Source: Nitrososphaeria archaeon (GTDB lineage: Archaea; Thermoproteota; Nitrososphaeria; Geothermarchaeales; JDFR-13). From it: DNA of 64,000 bases. The position numbers and the translations under genes were made by a program. The DNA is taken from the NCBI GenBank assembly GCA_027078545.1, contig JALWXN010000004.1, positions 896,001-960,000 on the forward strand. The letters run 5' to 3'. This document shows, piece after piece, positions 29,303 to 39,959 of this stretch; the first letter of the stretch is position 1; each line of letters begins with the position of its first letter. Below the pieces are notes generated by a model, which worked only from the letters and a program-made list of their open reading frames with translations, was not told where the DNA came from and did not search any database.

Positions 29303-30295
29303 ATGCTACGTAGGATAATCGAGACAGTGGGTATAACCATACTCCTACTATTTATCCTAATAGTCCTGGGAGCCATAACCTTCTCCATAATAGAGGGGAG
29401 GAACCTACTAGACTCCCTCTACTACATGATAACCGTCCTAACCACCGTGGGCTTCGGAGACATAACACCCCAGACCGAGCTTGGGAAGATACACTTCATG
29501 ATAACCATCTTCCTAGGCCTAGCACTATTCGGATACTTCATATCCAGCGTATCCTCAATACTTTCTGAGGATAGGCTGGCCAAGCTATTCCCCGGCCTGA
29601 TCGGATATGGAGTGGAGGGGGAGAAATTGAAGAACCACGTGATAATCATAGGGTGGAACGAGTTCGCCAGCAACGCCTACCAGGAGGCGACGCTCAACGG
29701 CATCGAGGTGGTCGTCCTAGTCACCAGTGAGGACCAGGCTAAGACACTGGCGAGGGAGGGGATAACCACCTACCCAGGCAGCCTAGACGACCCAAAGACA
29801 TATGAGGAGCTGAGGATGGAGGAGGCGAGGGGGATAATACTTACCGAGCCAGACCCGACGAGGCTCATCATAGACATCCTGAAGATCAGGAAGAGGGTTA
29901 AGGAGACCCCGATAACCGTGCTTGTATATAGCTCAGAGCTGGAGGACGTCCTGAAGCAGGCGGGAGCCAACTTCGTCCTAAACATAGCCGAGGTGGGTGG
30001 GAGGCTACTAGCCAACAGCGTGATAGAGCCTAGGGCGACACATATAGAGATAGACATGCTGAAGAGGGGCGGCCTAGACATCATGGAGTACGAGGTGAAG
30101 GAGAACCTGACAGGCAAGACCATGGGCGAGGTGGAGGAGGAGATCGGGAGTGATATACTGGCGCTAGTCAGGGGCGACGAGTATATCCTCAAGCCGGACA
30201 GGAACACGAGGCTGAAGCCGGGGGACAGGATAATACTGATGGGCTACAGCGACCAGATGCAGAGGGATATGGATAAGCTGGATAGGAAGGGGTAG
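29303..30295 (+). CDS. Two-TM potassium channel with RCK (TrkA-N/TrkA-C) domains, MthK-like
   Basis: TTVGFGD selectivity filter between two TMs; NHVIIIGW RCK-N; TrkA-C with GDRIILMG. Confidence 0.92.
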   Translation: MLRRIIETVGITILLLFILIVLGAITFSIIEGRNLLDSLYYMITVLTTVGFGDITPQTELGKIHFMITIFLGLALFGYFISSVSSILSEDRLAKLFPGLIGYGVEGEKLKNHVIIIGWNEFASNAYQEATLNGIEVVVLVTSEDQAKTLAREGITTYPGSLDDPKTYEELRMEEARGIILTEPDPTRLIIDILKIRKRVKETPITVLVYSSELEDVLKQAGANFVLNIAEVGGRLLANSVIEPRATHIEIDMLKRGGLDIMEYEVKENLTGKTMGEVEEEIGSDILALVRGDEYILKPDRNTRLKPGDRIILMGYSDQMQRDMDKLDRKG

Positions 30296-30381
30296 GGCCG
30301 TCACGGGCTATACGGATCGGGCGGAACACTTTCACACTACACATCACCTGGATGATATACACCTAGGCAGTCCATACACTA

Positions 30382-31026
30382 TTGATGAGGAGCACCGGCG
30401 TATGGTTCCTAGACGAGGTATTCGGCGGTATAAGGCCTGGGAAGACTTATGAGGTGGACGGCTATCCATGGAGCCTCCTAAAGGAGGTTATGCACCGTGT
30501 GGTGGCCCACCTCTCCATGGAGAGCCGCGTAGTCATCATATATGGACAGTACTTCGACGGGCTTGATCCATACCTCCTGATAAGGATTGGGCGTGAAGAA
30601 GGGCTAGACACGGGCCTCCTGAAGAGGAATATAAGGCTCGCCCGCTGCTTCAAGGGGGAGGACATGGCGACGAATATCAGGAGGGGTGTTAGGACGGCTG
30701 GATACCTATTGGTGGTCGACCCCTACCTACACACCTACATGACTGGTAGGGCCGATCTCTATCCCATGATAGCCTCCGAACTATACAGGGCCAAGATGAG
30801 GGGTAGGGGGATACTCATCTTCAACAGGATAAGGTGGGATGGGAAGCCCCTAGGCGGAAACCTCCATCGACACTCCCTCGACTATGTAGCCAGGCTCGTT
30901 ATGATGGATAGGCTTATACATGTGGAGCTGGTGAAGGCACTGGACAGGCCATCCATAAGCTTCGCCATCGACTCCTCAAACCCCTGGAGAAGGGGGATAC
31001 AACACCTCCTCGACAGGTGGATATGA
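30382..31026 (+). CDS. RadA/RecA-fold protein with degenerate Walker A (PolB2-associated)
   Basis: STGVWFLDEVFGGI..G, GLDPY, NIRLARCF, GGNLHRH; no GKT/S; C-terminal QHLLDRW. Confidence 0.8.
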   Translation: MMRSTGVWFLDEVFGGIRPGKTYEVDGYPWSLLKEVMHRVVAHLSMESRVVIIYGQYFDGLDPYLLIRIGREEGLDTGLLKRNIRLARCFKGEDMATNIRRGVRTAGYLLVVDPYLHTYMTGRADLYPMIASELYRAKMRGRGILIFNRIRWDGKPLGGNLHRHSLDYVARLVMMDRLIHVELVKALDRPSISFAIDSSNPWRRGIQHLLDRWI

Positions 31027-31027
31027 G

Positions 31028-31294
31028 ATGGGGAGGTCTATACCCAGCCCAACCAGGCATATAGACCGTGAGATAAGGAGGATTAGGAGGCTGGCCAGGA
31101 GATACCCGATGTATAGAGAGGGGCTCGAGAGGCTGGCGAGGATACTGAGGAGGCGGAGGAGCATAGTATACCTCCTAACCGACCCTGAGGACGTGGCCGA
31201 CCTACCATACCTAGTCGCCGCATCGGTGCTACAGGGTGGTGAGGATGGGGACGGGCTGGATACTCAGGGTATTGAGAGACCTAGAGAGGGATAG
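31028..31294 (+). CDS. Small basic helical protein of the PolB2 operon
   Basis: MGRSIPS N-terminus, Arg-rich helices, position between RadA-like and polB2 as in described PolB2 operons. Confidence 0.7.
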   Translation: MGRSIPSPTRHIDREIRRIRRLARRYPMYREGLERLARILRRRRSIVYLLTDPEDVADLPYLVAASVLQGGEDGDGLDTQGIERPREG

Positions 31295-33248
31295 ATACGT
31301 ACTCGTCATCAGGGAGTTTAGTGGTAGGAAGATCCTCAGGGACCTAGTGCACCACCCCTCGATATACGTCAGCGGGGATAGGGAGGACCTGAGGGAGCTG
31401 CTTAGGGGGCTGGAGGCCTCGGACTACCTAGTCGACTATGTATATGAGGAGTGGCTCCTCCCACCCTGGTATAGGAGGAGGGGGAGGATACTTAGGATAG
31501 ACCTGCCAGGCCCTAGGGAGTATGACGAGGTCCTTAGACACCTTAGGCTGGACGGGAGGTATAGGCTGTGGAACACCTATCCAAGCGACACCCAGATGAC
31601 GATGTATAGGATGGGGATAGCCCCCTCACTACTCCTCAGGACAATGGATCTCCACCCAATAGACAATCCATGGGACATGAACTATCTAGAGCCCAGGTTC
31701 AGAAGGGTGGTCATAAGGCTCCTAGACTGGTACGGAGAGGTGGTGAATCCATGGGCTAAGGAGCCGACGATCTACGAGGTGTCCTACAACCTGGATGGCT
31801 ACTGGGACGAGGCTATCTATAGAGGGCTGGACAGCCTCATAGACGACCTGAGGGAGTACGACCCCGACGTGGTGGAGTTCACCTCATCATCCGCATATAT
31901 ATGGCTGAGGGAGAGGGATGAGTTCTTCAGAGACACTTCGAGGGCATATATAGACTATGAGAGGAACGTCCTGGAGCCCCATGAATACCACGGCTTCATA
32001 GAGCTCAGCAGGCTCAGCAGGACGGATATACACGAGGTATCAAGATACAGCATAGGGAAGATACTCACCACGATAGAGGCCTACGAGGCACTATCAATGG
32101 GCCGCGCCATACCTGAGGTGAGGACTGAGTGGGAGGGCTTCAAGGACATCAGGCTCCTAAGCAGGGTCGACAGGGGTGGATACATAGCCAGCCCGAGGCC
32201 CGGGCTATACTGGAACGTGGCCCAGTGCGACTTCACAAGCCTATACCCCTCCATAATCGTGAGGTACAACATTGGTAACGAGACCGTCAATAGGCCTGGC
32301 TGCAGCAGGGAGATAAGGGTTCCCGAGGCTGGGCACAGGATATGCCTAGACACTAGATCCGTCGTGGCAAGCACGCTGGAGAAGCTCTTGAAGAGGAGGG
32401 TCAGGCTTAAAGACATGGCTAGGGAGACTGGCAACCCCATCCTGAATAGTCGGCAGAACGCCTTGAAATGGATACTCGTCACATGCTTCGGATACCTAGG
32501 CTATAGGAACGCCCGGTTCGGGAAGATCGAGGCCTATGAATCGGTGACCTCCTACGCGAGGCAGATAATGTATAGGGCTGCAGAGATAGCCAGGGAGATG
32601 GGGCTGGAGGTGATCCACATACTGGTGGACAGCATATGGGTATCCGGCGGAGACGAGGAGACCTATAGGAAGTACTGTATGAAGGTAACCCTAGAGACGG
32701 GGTTCAGGATGGAGCTCGAGGCCCTCTACAGGTGGCTATACATACCCCCCAACAGGTCGGGCATGGGTGAGGCGGCGATAAACAGGTATGTAGGCGGACT
32801 GATGGAGGGTGGCTACAAGGCCAAGGGTGTAGAGATGGTTAGGAGCGATGTCCCCAGGATAGTAGCCGAGTTCCAGCGCTACGCACTCGCACTACTAGCA
32901 ACCGCTAAGACCCCTGAGGAGCTTGAACACATGGCCAGTAAGATCCCAGTGCTGATAGATAAGTTCAGAGCCGCCATGTTAAGCGGGGAGGTAGAGCTGG
33001 AGGACCTCGTAGTAACACGTAGACTCTCCAAGAAGCCGGGTGAATACCTGTCTAGACAGCCACATGTAGAGGCGGCCAAGAAGCTTGGTAGATGGGTGGG
33101 CAAGGTGAAGTATATACTCACATCCAGGGGGCCGGTGCCGGTGGAGCTATGGAGACCCTCGATGGGCTACGACGTCGATAAATATGTCGAGATGATGGTT
33201 AGGAGCCTAGCCAGCCTACCAGTACCACTAGAGAGGCTGGGCCTATAA
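31245..33248 (+). CDS. polB2: Family B DNA polymerase, PolB2 (Dpo2) group
   Basis: DRGG, CDFTSLYPS, RQNALKWILVTCFGYLG, degenerate motif C HILVDS, NRY.G, KGVEMVRSD; eroded exonuclease motifs. Confidence 0.9.
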   Translation: MGTGWILRVLRDLERDRYVLVIREFSGRKILRDLVHHPSIYVSGDREDLRELLRGLEASDYLVDYVYEEWLLPPWYRRRGRILRIDLPGPREYDEVLRHLRLDGRYRLWNTYPSDTQMTMYRMGIAPSLLLRTMDLHPIDNPWDMNYLEPRFRRVVIRLLDWYGEVVNPWAKEPTIYEVSYNLDGYWDEAIYRGLDSLIDDLREYDPDVVEFTSSSAYIWLRERDEFFRDTSRAYIDYERNVLEPHEYHGFIELSRLSRTDIHEVSRYSIGKILTTIEAYEALSMGRAIPEVRTEWEGFKDIRLLSRVDRGGYIASPRPGLYWNVAQCDFTSLYPSIIVRYNIGNETVNRPGCSREIRVPEAGHRICLDTRSVVASTLEKLLKRRVRLKDMARETGNPILNSRQNALKWILVTCFGYLGYRNARFGKIEAYESVTSYARQIMYRAAEIAREMGLEVIHILVDSIWVSGGDEETYRKYCMKVTLETGFRMELEALYRWLYIPPNRSGMGEAAINRYVGGLMEGGYKAKGVEMVRSDVPRIVAEFQRYALALLATAKTPEELEHMASKIPVLIDKFRAAMLSGEVELEDLVVTRRLSKKPGEYLSRQPHVEAAKKLGRWVGKVKYILTSRGPVPVELWRPSMGYDVDKYVEMMVRSLASLPVPLERLGL

Positions 33249-33344
33249 ACCCCTCCAAACATATCCGCCCCGGTATAGACCGAATCTCTGAATATATATT
33301 CAATAAGCAATATACAATGGGGACACAGATGGGTATGATGCCTC

Positions 33345-35423
33345 TTGAACCGATACCTCTACCTACTATTATCCATACCAATACTCCTCCTACTGCCACA
33401 GACAGTGGTGACGGCTAACACCTATATAGTGCCGATAGACTACCCCACCATACAGGACGCGGTGGACAACGTACCGCCAGGATCCACGATAAGGATACTC
33501 GGAACAGTGGTGGAGAACGGGATAGTGATAGACAAGACCCTGACAATAGAAGGCGGAGTGGTGGACTATGGAGATGACTGGGGCTTCTACATAAGGCGGG
33601 GAACAACCACCTTTAGGGACATCACACTCAGGGCCAGGTATCTCTGGTACAACAGTATAATCCCGCCGACATTCACATACTCAGCCTCGGCGGGCATAAT
33701 AGCGATGGACTCCGAGGTAGTTATAGACAACGTCACTATCCATACCGATGGCCGTATCCAGGATAGGTCGGAGAAGATCTCCTACTACTACGGCATAGTC
33801 GGTAGGGACAGGAGCATAGTCAGGGGCGACGGGCTCAACATATCCGAGATGGATATAGGGATAGAGATGAGCGACACCCAGAAATCTATCACGCCCCAAT
33901 GCTACCTGATATACACCGCATATACGAAGTGCCTAGTAGGCGGTGTCGACAAGAGTGTTACCCTAGACGTCTCTAACGTAACTATCCAGAGCGAGGTAGG
34001 CGTAGCCATATTCAGCATGTATCCAAATGACTACTACAGGGTTAGGGACTTCAACATCACCGGTGAGATCCCCATCTATATAAGGAACACATTCAAGGAC
34101 ACTAGCAAGACCGACTTCTCCACATTCATCTTCGCCGGGGGAGAACTGAGGAGCATACCCGACGAGGGAAAGTTCATTCAGCCCTATGGAACAGGGGTAT
34201 ACATAGTATCGATGGGGATGACCGACTTCACGCTCAGTGACGCCCTGGTATATGGCGAGAGGTATGGAGTACAGCATCAGGAGGCGGGTGGAGAGGTCAA
34301 GTATACACGTTGGCGAATAGCGGTTGAGAGGAGCAGCATACTGGCATATACAAATGGGTTTAGGTATGACTCGGCCCAACCAAAGGCAACAGTATCTAAC
34401 GATGTAGACGTCTTTATCAGGGATACGTTGATAAACTCTTATGCCAGTACTGTCAGTGAGGGAATATTTATAACATCGACAAACCCGTTGCGGAACTATC
34501 TACATGTAGAGGTGATCAACACAAATATCAGCGGCTTTTATATAGGCCTATCATTCAGGTTCGACAGGATAAACATGTTCAACTTAACGATGCACCGTCT
34601 ATTCTTCCTAAACCCGAGTGGATATGGACTCAGCGTATGGACAGTAACCTTCGAAAAGGGATATTTATGGGCAGGATATAGCCTACTATACAGCATAATA
34701 GTAATGACAGAGACAGACTACCCCTTCTACCTCTATGAGACGGTCTATGACGAGAAGAACTCCCTGATCTGGGGCAAGATAGAGATAGAGGTCTGGTGGA
34801 CACTCCTGACAGAGGTATTCAGCAGTCTAACCAACAACCCGATCCAGGGAGCCACGGTAACCTATAACTGGGACATAGGCACAGCCTCAGGCCTCACCGA
34901 CTCCGCTGGAAGATATACCTACCAGTTCCACTACAAGTATGGAAACGGGCCTAGATATGGGCCGGGATATACCTTTGTAAACACCATATGGGTGGGCGCC
35001 AACTACTACGGAGTATCAGCGTCGACTACGCATCTAACATACTTTGGAGACACATTGACGAGTCCCAGCTGGTATAGACACATAGACTTCTACCTACCCG
35101 CCCTGATCCTCAAGGTCCTAGGCTTCAGCCACGACATGGGGACTACATACCTAGTCATAAGGGGTCTTGAGGGGGCCTTCATAGGCTACTACAGCTATAC
35201 ACCTGACGAGATAAGGGTTCCGCCGAGTATCCAAGACCTCTCCACAGGGTATAGGAAGTACCCCCTGAGGATAGCCTCGATAATCTTCCAGGGAGCCTAT
35301 ACAAGGGTCGATGCACAGATATTCTACGATGGCTATTGGCAGCCGACCACGATATATATTGGACGGGTAACCGGGATGGTCTGGAGCCCAGGCCCGGTAG
35401 ACTTCAGGGGCTGGCTAGGATAG
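33345..35423 (+). CDS. Secreted right-handed beta-helix (pectin-lyase-like) surface protein
   Basis: Signal peptide, VPIDYPTIQDAVD beta-helix cap, repeated G-I/V beta strands, PIQGATV..TD..G Ig-like domain, many N-x-S/T sequons. Confidence 0.7.
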   Translation: MNRYLYLLLSIPILLLLPQTVVTANTYIVPIDYPTIQDAVDNVPPGSTIRILGTVVENGIVIDKTLTIEGGVVDYGDDWGFYIRRGTTTFRDITLRARYLWYNSIIPPTFTYSASAGIIAMDSEVVIDNVTIHTDGRIQDRSEKISYYYGIVGRDRSIVRGDGLNISEMDIGIEMSDTQKSITPQCYLIYTAYTKCLVGGVDKSVTLDVSNVTIQSEVGVAIFSMYPNDYYRVRDFNITGEIPIYIRNTFKDTSKTDFSTFIFAGGELRSIPDEGKFIQPYGTGVYIVSMGMTDFTLSDALVYGERYGVQHQEAGGEVKYTRWRIAVERSSILAYTNGFRYDSAQPKATVSNDVDVFIRDTLINSYASTVSEGIFITSTNPLRNYLHVEVINTNISGFYIGLSFRFDRINMFNLTMHRLFFLNPSGYGLSVWTVTFEKGYLWAGYSLLYSIIVMTETDYPFYLYETVYDEKNSLIWGKIEIEVWWTLLTEVFSSLTNNPIQGATVTYNWDIGTASGLTDSAGRYTYQFHYKYGNGPRYGPGYTFVNTIWVGANYYGVSASTTHLTYFGDTLTSPSWYRHIDFYLPALILKVLGFSHDMGTTYLVIRGLEGAFIGYYSYTPDEIRVPPSIQDLSTGYRKYPLRIASIIFQGAYTRVDAQIFYDGYWQPTTIYIGRVTGMVWSPGPVDFRGWLG

Positions 35424-35513
35424 CCCCAAAACCTATATTTTTTAACCATAGCCCCAAGACACTCCTCCAAAGCCACACCATTTAATCCCCATCATACAGG
35501 GATTATTATCCAC

Positions 35514-37427
35514 ATGGAGATGCTTTGGCACCCGCCCCAGGAGCTCGTCGAGAACAGTAATGTGATGAGGGTTATTAGGGAGCTTGGGCTGGACAGCTAT
35601 GAAGACCTACTCAGGAGGAGTATAGAGGACCATGAATGGTTCTGGGGATGGCTCCCAGAACTCCTAGGAATAGAGTGGTTCAGACCCTTCGACAAGGTCG
35701 TCGACTATAGCGAGGGCGTCGAGTGGGCTAGGTGGTACATAGGCGGCCTGATCAACGCTACATACAACGTGCTGGATAAACATATGGATAGCGAGGTGGA
35801 GAGGAGAACCGCCTTCATATGGCAGGGTGAGGACGGATCGGTGGTGGAGTATAGCTATAGGAGGCTCTACAGCGAGGTCAACAGGCTAGCATCAGCCCTT
35901 AGGAGGAGGGGTGTGGAGAGGGGGGAGACCATAGCCATGTATATGCCGATGATGCCGGAGACCGTGGTCGTCCTACTAGCAGCTATGAGGATCGGGGCGG
36001 TGCCCACACCCATATTCTCCGGCTTCGGTAAGGAGGCCGTTAGAACCAGGGTGGAGGACGCCCACTCCAGACTCATATTCACAACCGATGTTGGGTATAG
36101 GAGGGGGCGTAGGATAGACCTCCTAACAACCCTTAGAGAGGCGGTCGAGGGCCTAGACTATGTGGAGGACATCATAATAGTTAAGAGGGCCGGCTCAGAT
36201 GGGACGGACTATAGAGACTTTATAGCCGAGGGCGGGTCATACCAGAGGCCCGAGGAGCTAGACCCCAACCACCCCGCCCTACTCCTATACAGCTCCGGAA
36301 CAACTGGTAAGCCCAAGGGAATAGTGATCTCACACATAGGCGCTTTGATCCAGCCGAGCAAGGAGATATACTTCAACCTAGACCTCAAGCCGGAGGACCT
36401 CTTCATGTGGATAACCGATATTGGCTGGATGATGGGGCCATGGCAGATAATCGGTGTTGGAAACCTAGGGGGGACCCACGCAATCATGGAGGGGGCTCCA
36501 GACTATCCCGGGCCGGACAGGATATGGAGGTTCGTGGCTGAGCACAGGGTGACGATTCTAGGCGGCTCGGCAACACTCTTCCGGATGTTCAAGAAGTATG
36601 GGAGGAGATATGTCGAGATGCACGACACATCCTCTATAAGGATACTCGGGAACACGGGTGAGCCGATAGACGAGGACACCTGGAGATGGGTGATGGAGGT
36701 TATCGGGAGGTGGAGAGCCCCCATGATAAACCTGAGCGGGGGGACAGAGATATTTGGATGCCTAGTCCTACCCTCCCCCACAGTCCCCCTGAAGCCCTCA
36801 ACCGTCTATGGACCCGGCCTAGGGATGGATGTAGACGTATTCAACGACGATGGGGAGCCCGTCAGGGAGGAGGTTGGATACCTAGTCTGCAAGACCCCAG
36901 TACCATCCATGACCAGGGGCTTCTGGCGAGACCCGGAGAGATACCTCGAGACCTACTGGACCAGGTGGGAGGGCATCTGGTACCACGGCGACTGGGCCTA
37001 CATCGACAAGGACGGCTACTGGTTCCTACTGGGTAGGGCCGACGACGTGATCAAGATAGCTGGGAAGCGCCTAGGCCCAGCTGAGGTAGAGACAATACTC
37101 AACTCACACCCCATGGTCGCCGAGTCCGCCTGTATAGGCGCCCCAGACCCGTTGAAGGGTGAGAAGCTGGTCTGCTTCGTAAAGACCGTTGGTGAGCCCG
37201 GGCCTGGACTAATAGATGAGCTAAGGGATATGGTGGGGGAGAGGCTCGGGAAGCCCTTCAGACCGGAGGAGATCTACATAGTCCCAGACCTACCCAGGAC
37301 GAGGAGCGGCAAGATTATGAGGCGGGTTCTTAGGGCTATATATACGGATAGCCCGGTCGGCGACGTATCAACCCTGGAGAACCCGGAGGCACTCGAGGGG
37401 GTCAAGGAGGCTCTAGGACGCGCCTGA
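35514..37427 (+). CDS. acs: AMP-forming acetyl/acyl-CoA synthetase
   Basis: YSSGTTGKPKG, DIGW, GEP, SGGTE, HGD, GRADD, LPRTRSGKIMRR. Confidence 0.9.
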   Translation: MEMLWHPPQELVENSNVMRVIRELGLDSYEDLLRRSIEDHEWFWGWLPELLGIEWFRPFDKVVDYSEGVEWARWYIGGLINATYNVLDKHMDSEVERRTAFIWQGEDGSVVEYSYRRLYSEVNRLASALRRRGVERGETIAMYMPMMPETVVVLLAAMRIGAVPTPIFSGFGKEAVRTRVEDAHSRLIFTTDVGYRRGRRIDLLTTLREAVEGLDYVEDIIIVKRAGSDGTDYRDFIAEGGSYQRPEELDPNHPALLLYSSGTTGKPKGIVISHIGALIQPSKEIYFNLDLKPEDLFMWITDIGWMMGPWQIIGVGNLGGTHAIMEGAPDYPGPDRIWRFVAEHRVTILGGSATLFRMFKKYGRRYVEMHDTSSIRILGNTGEPIDEDTWRWVMEVIGRWRAPMINLSGGTEIFGCLVLPSPTVPLKPSTVYGPGLGMDVDVFNDDGEPVREEVGYLVCKTPVPSMTRGFWRDPERYLETYWTRWEGIWYHGDWAYIDKDGYWFLLGRADDVIKIAGKRLGPAEVETILNSHPMVAESACIGAPDPLKGEKLVCFVKTVGEPGPGLIDELRDMVGERLGKPFRPEEIYIVPDLPRTRSGKIMRRVLRAIYTDSPVGDVSTLENPEALEGVKEALGRA

Positions 37428-37934
37428 AGCCAAGAACCTGGAGGCCTCCCTCCTAGCTACGACCCTATCCAGTAGGAGGAGGGCCACACCTATACCCATT
37501 ATCGGACCCCCAAAGACAATGGTAAAGTCGTAGTCAGGCTCAACCAAGATGTCCAGCAGCAACCTCGGCCTAGAACCATTCACCAACTCCTTGGTCGGCA
37601 CCAGCTCGATATAGACATAGTAGGAGCTGGGAACATCAGCCGTATACTCAAACTTCTCCAAACCCTCGACAACCCCTTCAAACAGCTTCTCAGGACCACC
37701 GCCAAACACACTCCTATAGATAGTTACGTAGGCCTCAGCCTCACTGATGATGCTTATCCTAACAACACCAGAGGTTAGCGAGACGTAGTTAACACCCTTC
37801 TCAGGGATTATCTCGTGGAACTCGTAGAGGAAGCTCTCCGAGATAGGCTCCTGAACACCCCCCAACACCCCCATTAGGACTATGGCTACACCGATGACGA
37901 TGAAATATATCGCCAATACCCTCAACCAGATCAA
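37413..37934 (-). CDS. Hypothetical membrane protein (2 TM flanking an extracellular beta domain)
   Basis: Hydrophobic N- and C-terminal helices; overlaps the permease stop. Confidence 0.7.
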   Translation of the reverse strand: MIWLRVLAIYFIVIGVAIVLMGVLGGVQEPISESFLYEFHEIIPEKGVNYVSLTSGVVRISIISEAEAYVTIYRSVFGGGPEKLFEGVVEGLEKFEYTADVPSSYYVYIELVPTKELVNGSRPRLLLDILVEPDYDFTIVFGGPIMGIGVALLLLDRVVARREASRFLASGAS

Positions 37935-38890
37935 TCCACCTCAACCCTCCTCAGGAAATAAGCAGCTAGGAGGATAACCATGAGGGATAGGCCAAGGATG
38001 ACAAGGAGATAGACGGATAGGGCAACCAGGGATCCGGGGGCATCCACATAGGGAGGAATTCCATAGGGGCTCATCATCAAGCCTCCTAGGAAACCCTCCC
38101 TCTCGAGTTCATCCAGTATGCCTAGTAGTGCTACATAGCCAATGAATGGTGATGCTGTGGGCTCACCAAATTGAGGATTACCACTCCTTGTGAGCCATCT
38201 CTCAATATGTATGACAAGCTGTGTAAAGACCATGTAGAGCACTGCACTCGAGAGTATGAAGGCAGGTATCTCCCTCCTCACGACCAAAGCGACGGAGAAT
38301 GCTATGGATGACATCAGTATCAGCTCGGGGAGACCCATTATAGACGCTAACAATAGAGAGGAATCGGGACGATAGAAGATGCTACCCACAACGAAGTAGG
38401 TCGAGGTCACGTAGAAAGCCACCATAACGACGTTGAAGAGAATCCTTCCAACGAAATACTCATCCCTGGTTATCGGTAGAGTCATATACCTCTTAAACAC
38501 ACCAGGCCTCAGCATCGACGAAGCCTCCATAGACACATAAGCCGCGACCCCAAGTATCAGGAACATAGGCTCAATAGATACTCTCCAGACGGTCAGTAAG
38601 TGATGCGTAAAGCCGAAGATACCACTACGAACCAAGATGTAGAGCTTCCTCTCAAGATATGCCAATCTATTCAGATTCATAACCACTTCATCGCCAGTGA
38701 TTAGAGGGTCTCCGGATACCAAGATCTCTTCTAGACTTATTCTACTCCCTATACTTATCAAGCCACTTGTAACCAGTGGATAGAACATCAGTATCGTCGA
38801 GCCTACGAGAATCAGGAGATTGAGGAGGTTCAGCTGGCCTATCTCCATCCTCATAACCCTAAGTACAGCCCTAAGCCTCATCCCCACCAC
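37931..38890 (-). CDS. ABC-2 type exporter permease
   Basis: About 6 TM, MTLPITRDEYFVGR motif, FLRRVEVD C-terminus; coupled to the ABC ATPase. Confidence 0.8.
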   Translation of the reverse strand: MVGMRLRAVLRVMRMEIGQLNLLNLLILVGSTILMFYPLVTSGLISIGSRISLEEILVSGDPLITGDEVVMNLNRLAYLERKLYILVRSGIFGFTHHLLTVWRVSIEPMFLILGVAAYVSMEASSMLRPGVFKRYMTLPITRDEYFVGRILFNVVMVAFYVTSTYFVVGSIFYRPDSSLLLASIMGLPELILMSSIAFSVALVVRREIPAFILSSAVLYMVFTQLVIHIERWLTRSGNPQFGEPTASPFIGYVALLGILDELEREGFLGGLMMSPYGIPPYVDAPGSLVALSVYLLVILGLSLMVILLAAYFLRRVEVD

Positions 38891-39815
38891 CCAGCCGGAA
38901 GAACACCTGGGTCAAAGGATCCGGATAGAGGGAGACCTCCCAAACAGAGACCCCTAGATCACGGCAGAGCTCAAGAACCTCCATCAACGACTTACGTGGA
39001 TCCCTCAGGAATATGTGGAGGCCAAGCTCATCTATATGATACTCCTCCACACCCCCTATTGTTGAGAGGCCTTCAACCAAGCCCTCCACATCACCATCCA
39101 GCCTGAAGAGGTAGTGGAACCTATCTAGACGTGAGAGGAGCTCCCTAAAGCCTCCAGACGCTACTATCCGTCCACTCCTTATGAAGACGAAGTTGTCGCA
39201 GATCGGTAGGAGGTGTGGCAGTATATGGGACGCTATGATAAAGCTCTTACCACTCCTGGACAGCTCCCTAATCAGGCCGACAAAGGTGATTATACTCTCT
39301 ACATCCACGTTTGAGAAGGGCTCGTCAAGGATGTAGAGGTCGACATCAGGGTTTAGAAGAGTTCTAGCCATCAGGAGTCTCTTAAACATACCCGTCGAGT
39401 AGCCTCCAACCCGCATCCCCAATGCCCAGTCAATCCCGACCATCCTAGCAAGCTCGAGGATACGCCCCTCATGATCATCGATACCCATGGCCTGAGCCTC
39501 CACTTTCAACAGCTGATAGCCAGTCAGCCAACCTGGAAACCCGATCTCATCAGGCATGACACCCATCCTGCTAAAAACCTCAGCCCTCTCCAACCAGGGG
39601 TCAAAGTCGAAAACCCTCACTACACCACTATCAGGCCTGATAAACCCACTAACAATATTGATCGTAGTAGTCTTACCAGCCCCATTAGGCCCTATAAAAC
39701 CAAGGACACCCCCACCAAACTCCAGGGACAACCCGTCCAGAGCCCTGACCTCACCAAAGCTCTTATACACATCCCTAAGCAGAAGAATCAAATGAAACCA
39801 CCCCATCAAGACCAA
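38871..39815 (-). CDS. ABC exporter ATP-binding protein
   Basis: GPNGAGKTT, YSTGM signature, ILDEP, SH switch. Confidence 0.92.
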   Translation of the reverse strand: MVLMGWFHLILLLRDVYKSFGEVRALDGLSLEFGGGVLGFIGPNGAGKTTTINIVSGFIRPDSGVVRVFDFDPWLERAEVFSRMGVMPDEIGFPGWLTGYQLLKVEAQAMGIDDHEGRILELARMVGIDWALGMRVGGYSTGMFKRLLMARTLLNPDVDLYILDEPFSNVDVESIITFVGLIRELSRSGKSFIIASHILPHLLPICDNFVFIRSGRIVASGGFRELLSRLDRFHYLFRLDGDVEGLVEGLSTIGGVEEYHIDELGLHIFLRDPRKSLMEVLELCRDLGVSVWEVSLYPDPLTQVFFRLGGGDEA

Positions 39816-39959
39816 TACTGCTCATGACAAAATAAATCATCCATTAAAGACCTAACAAAAATGTATCTATGGAGACTATACCACAAACTACAAGTATATA
39901 CAAAAAAGGCAGGGATAAGTACACAAACAAATAAGTTATATGGGATTTAATTACATATC

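Noticed and set aside
31245-33248. PolB as a marker of a provirus or casposon
   Set aside because: Motifs and neighbours match cellular PolB2; no Cas1, capsid, terminal repeats or protein-priming features
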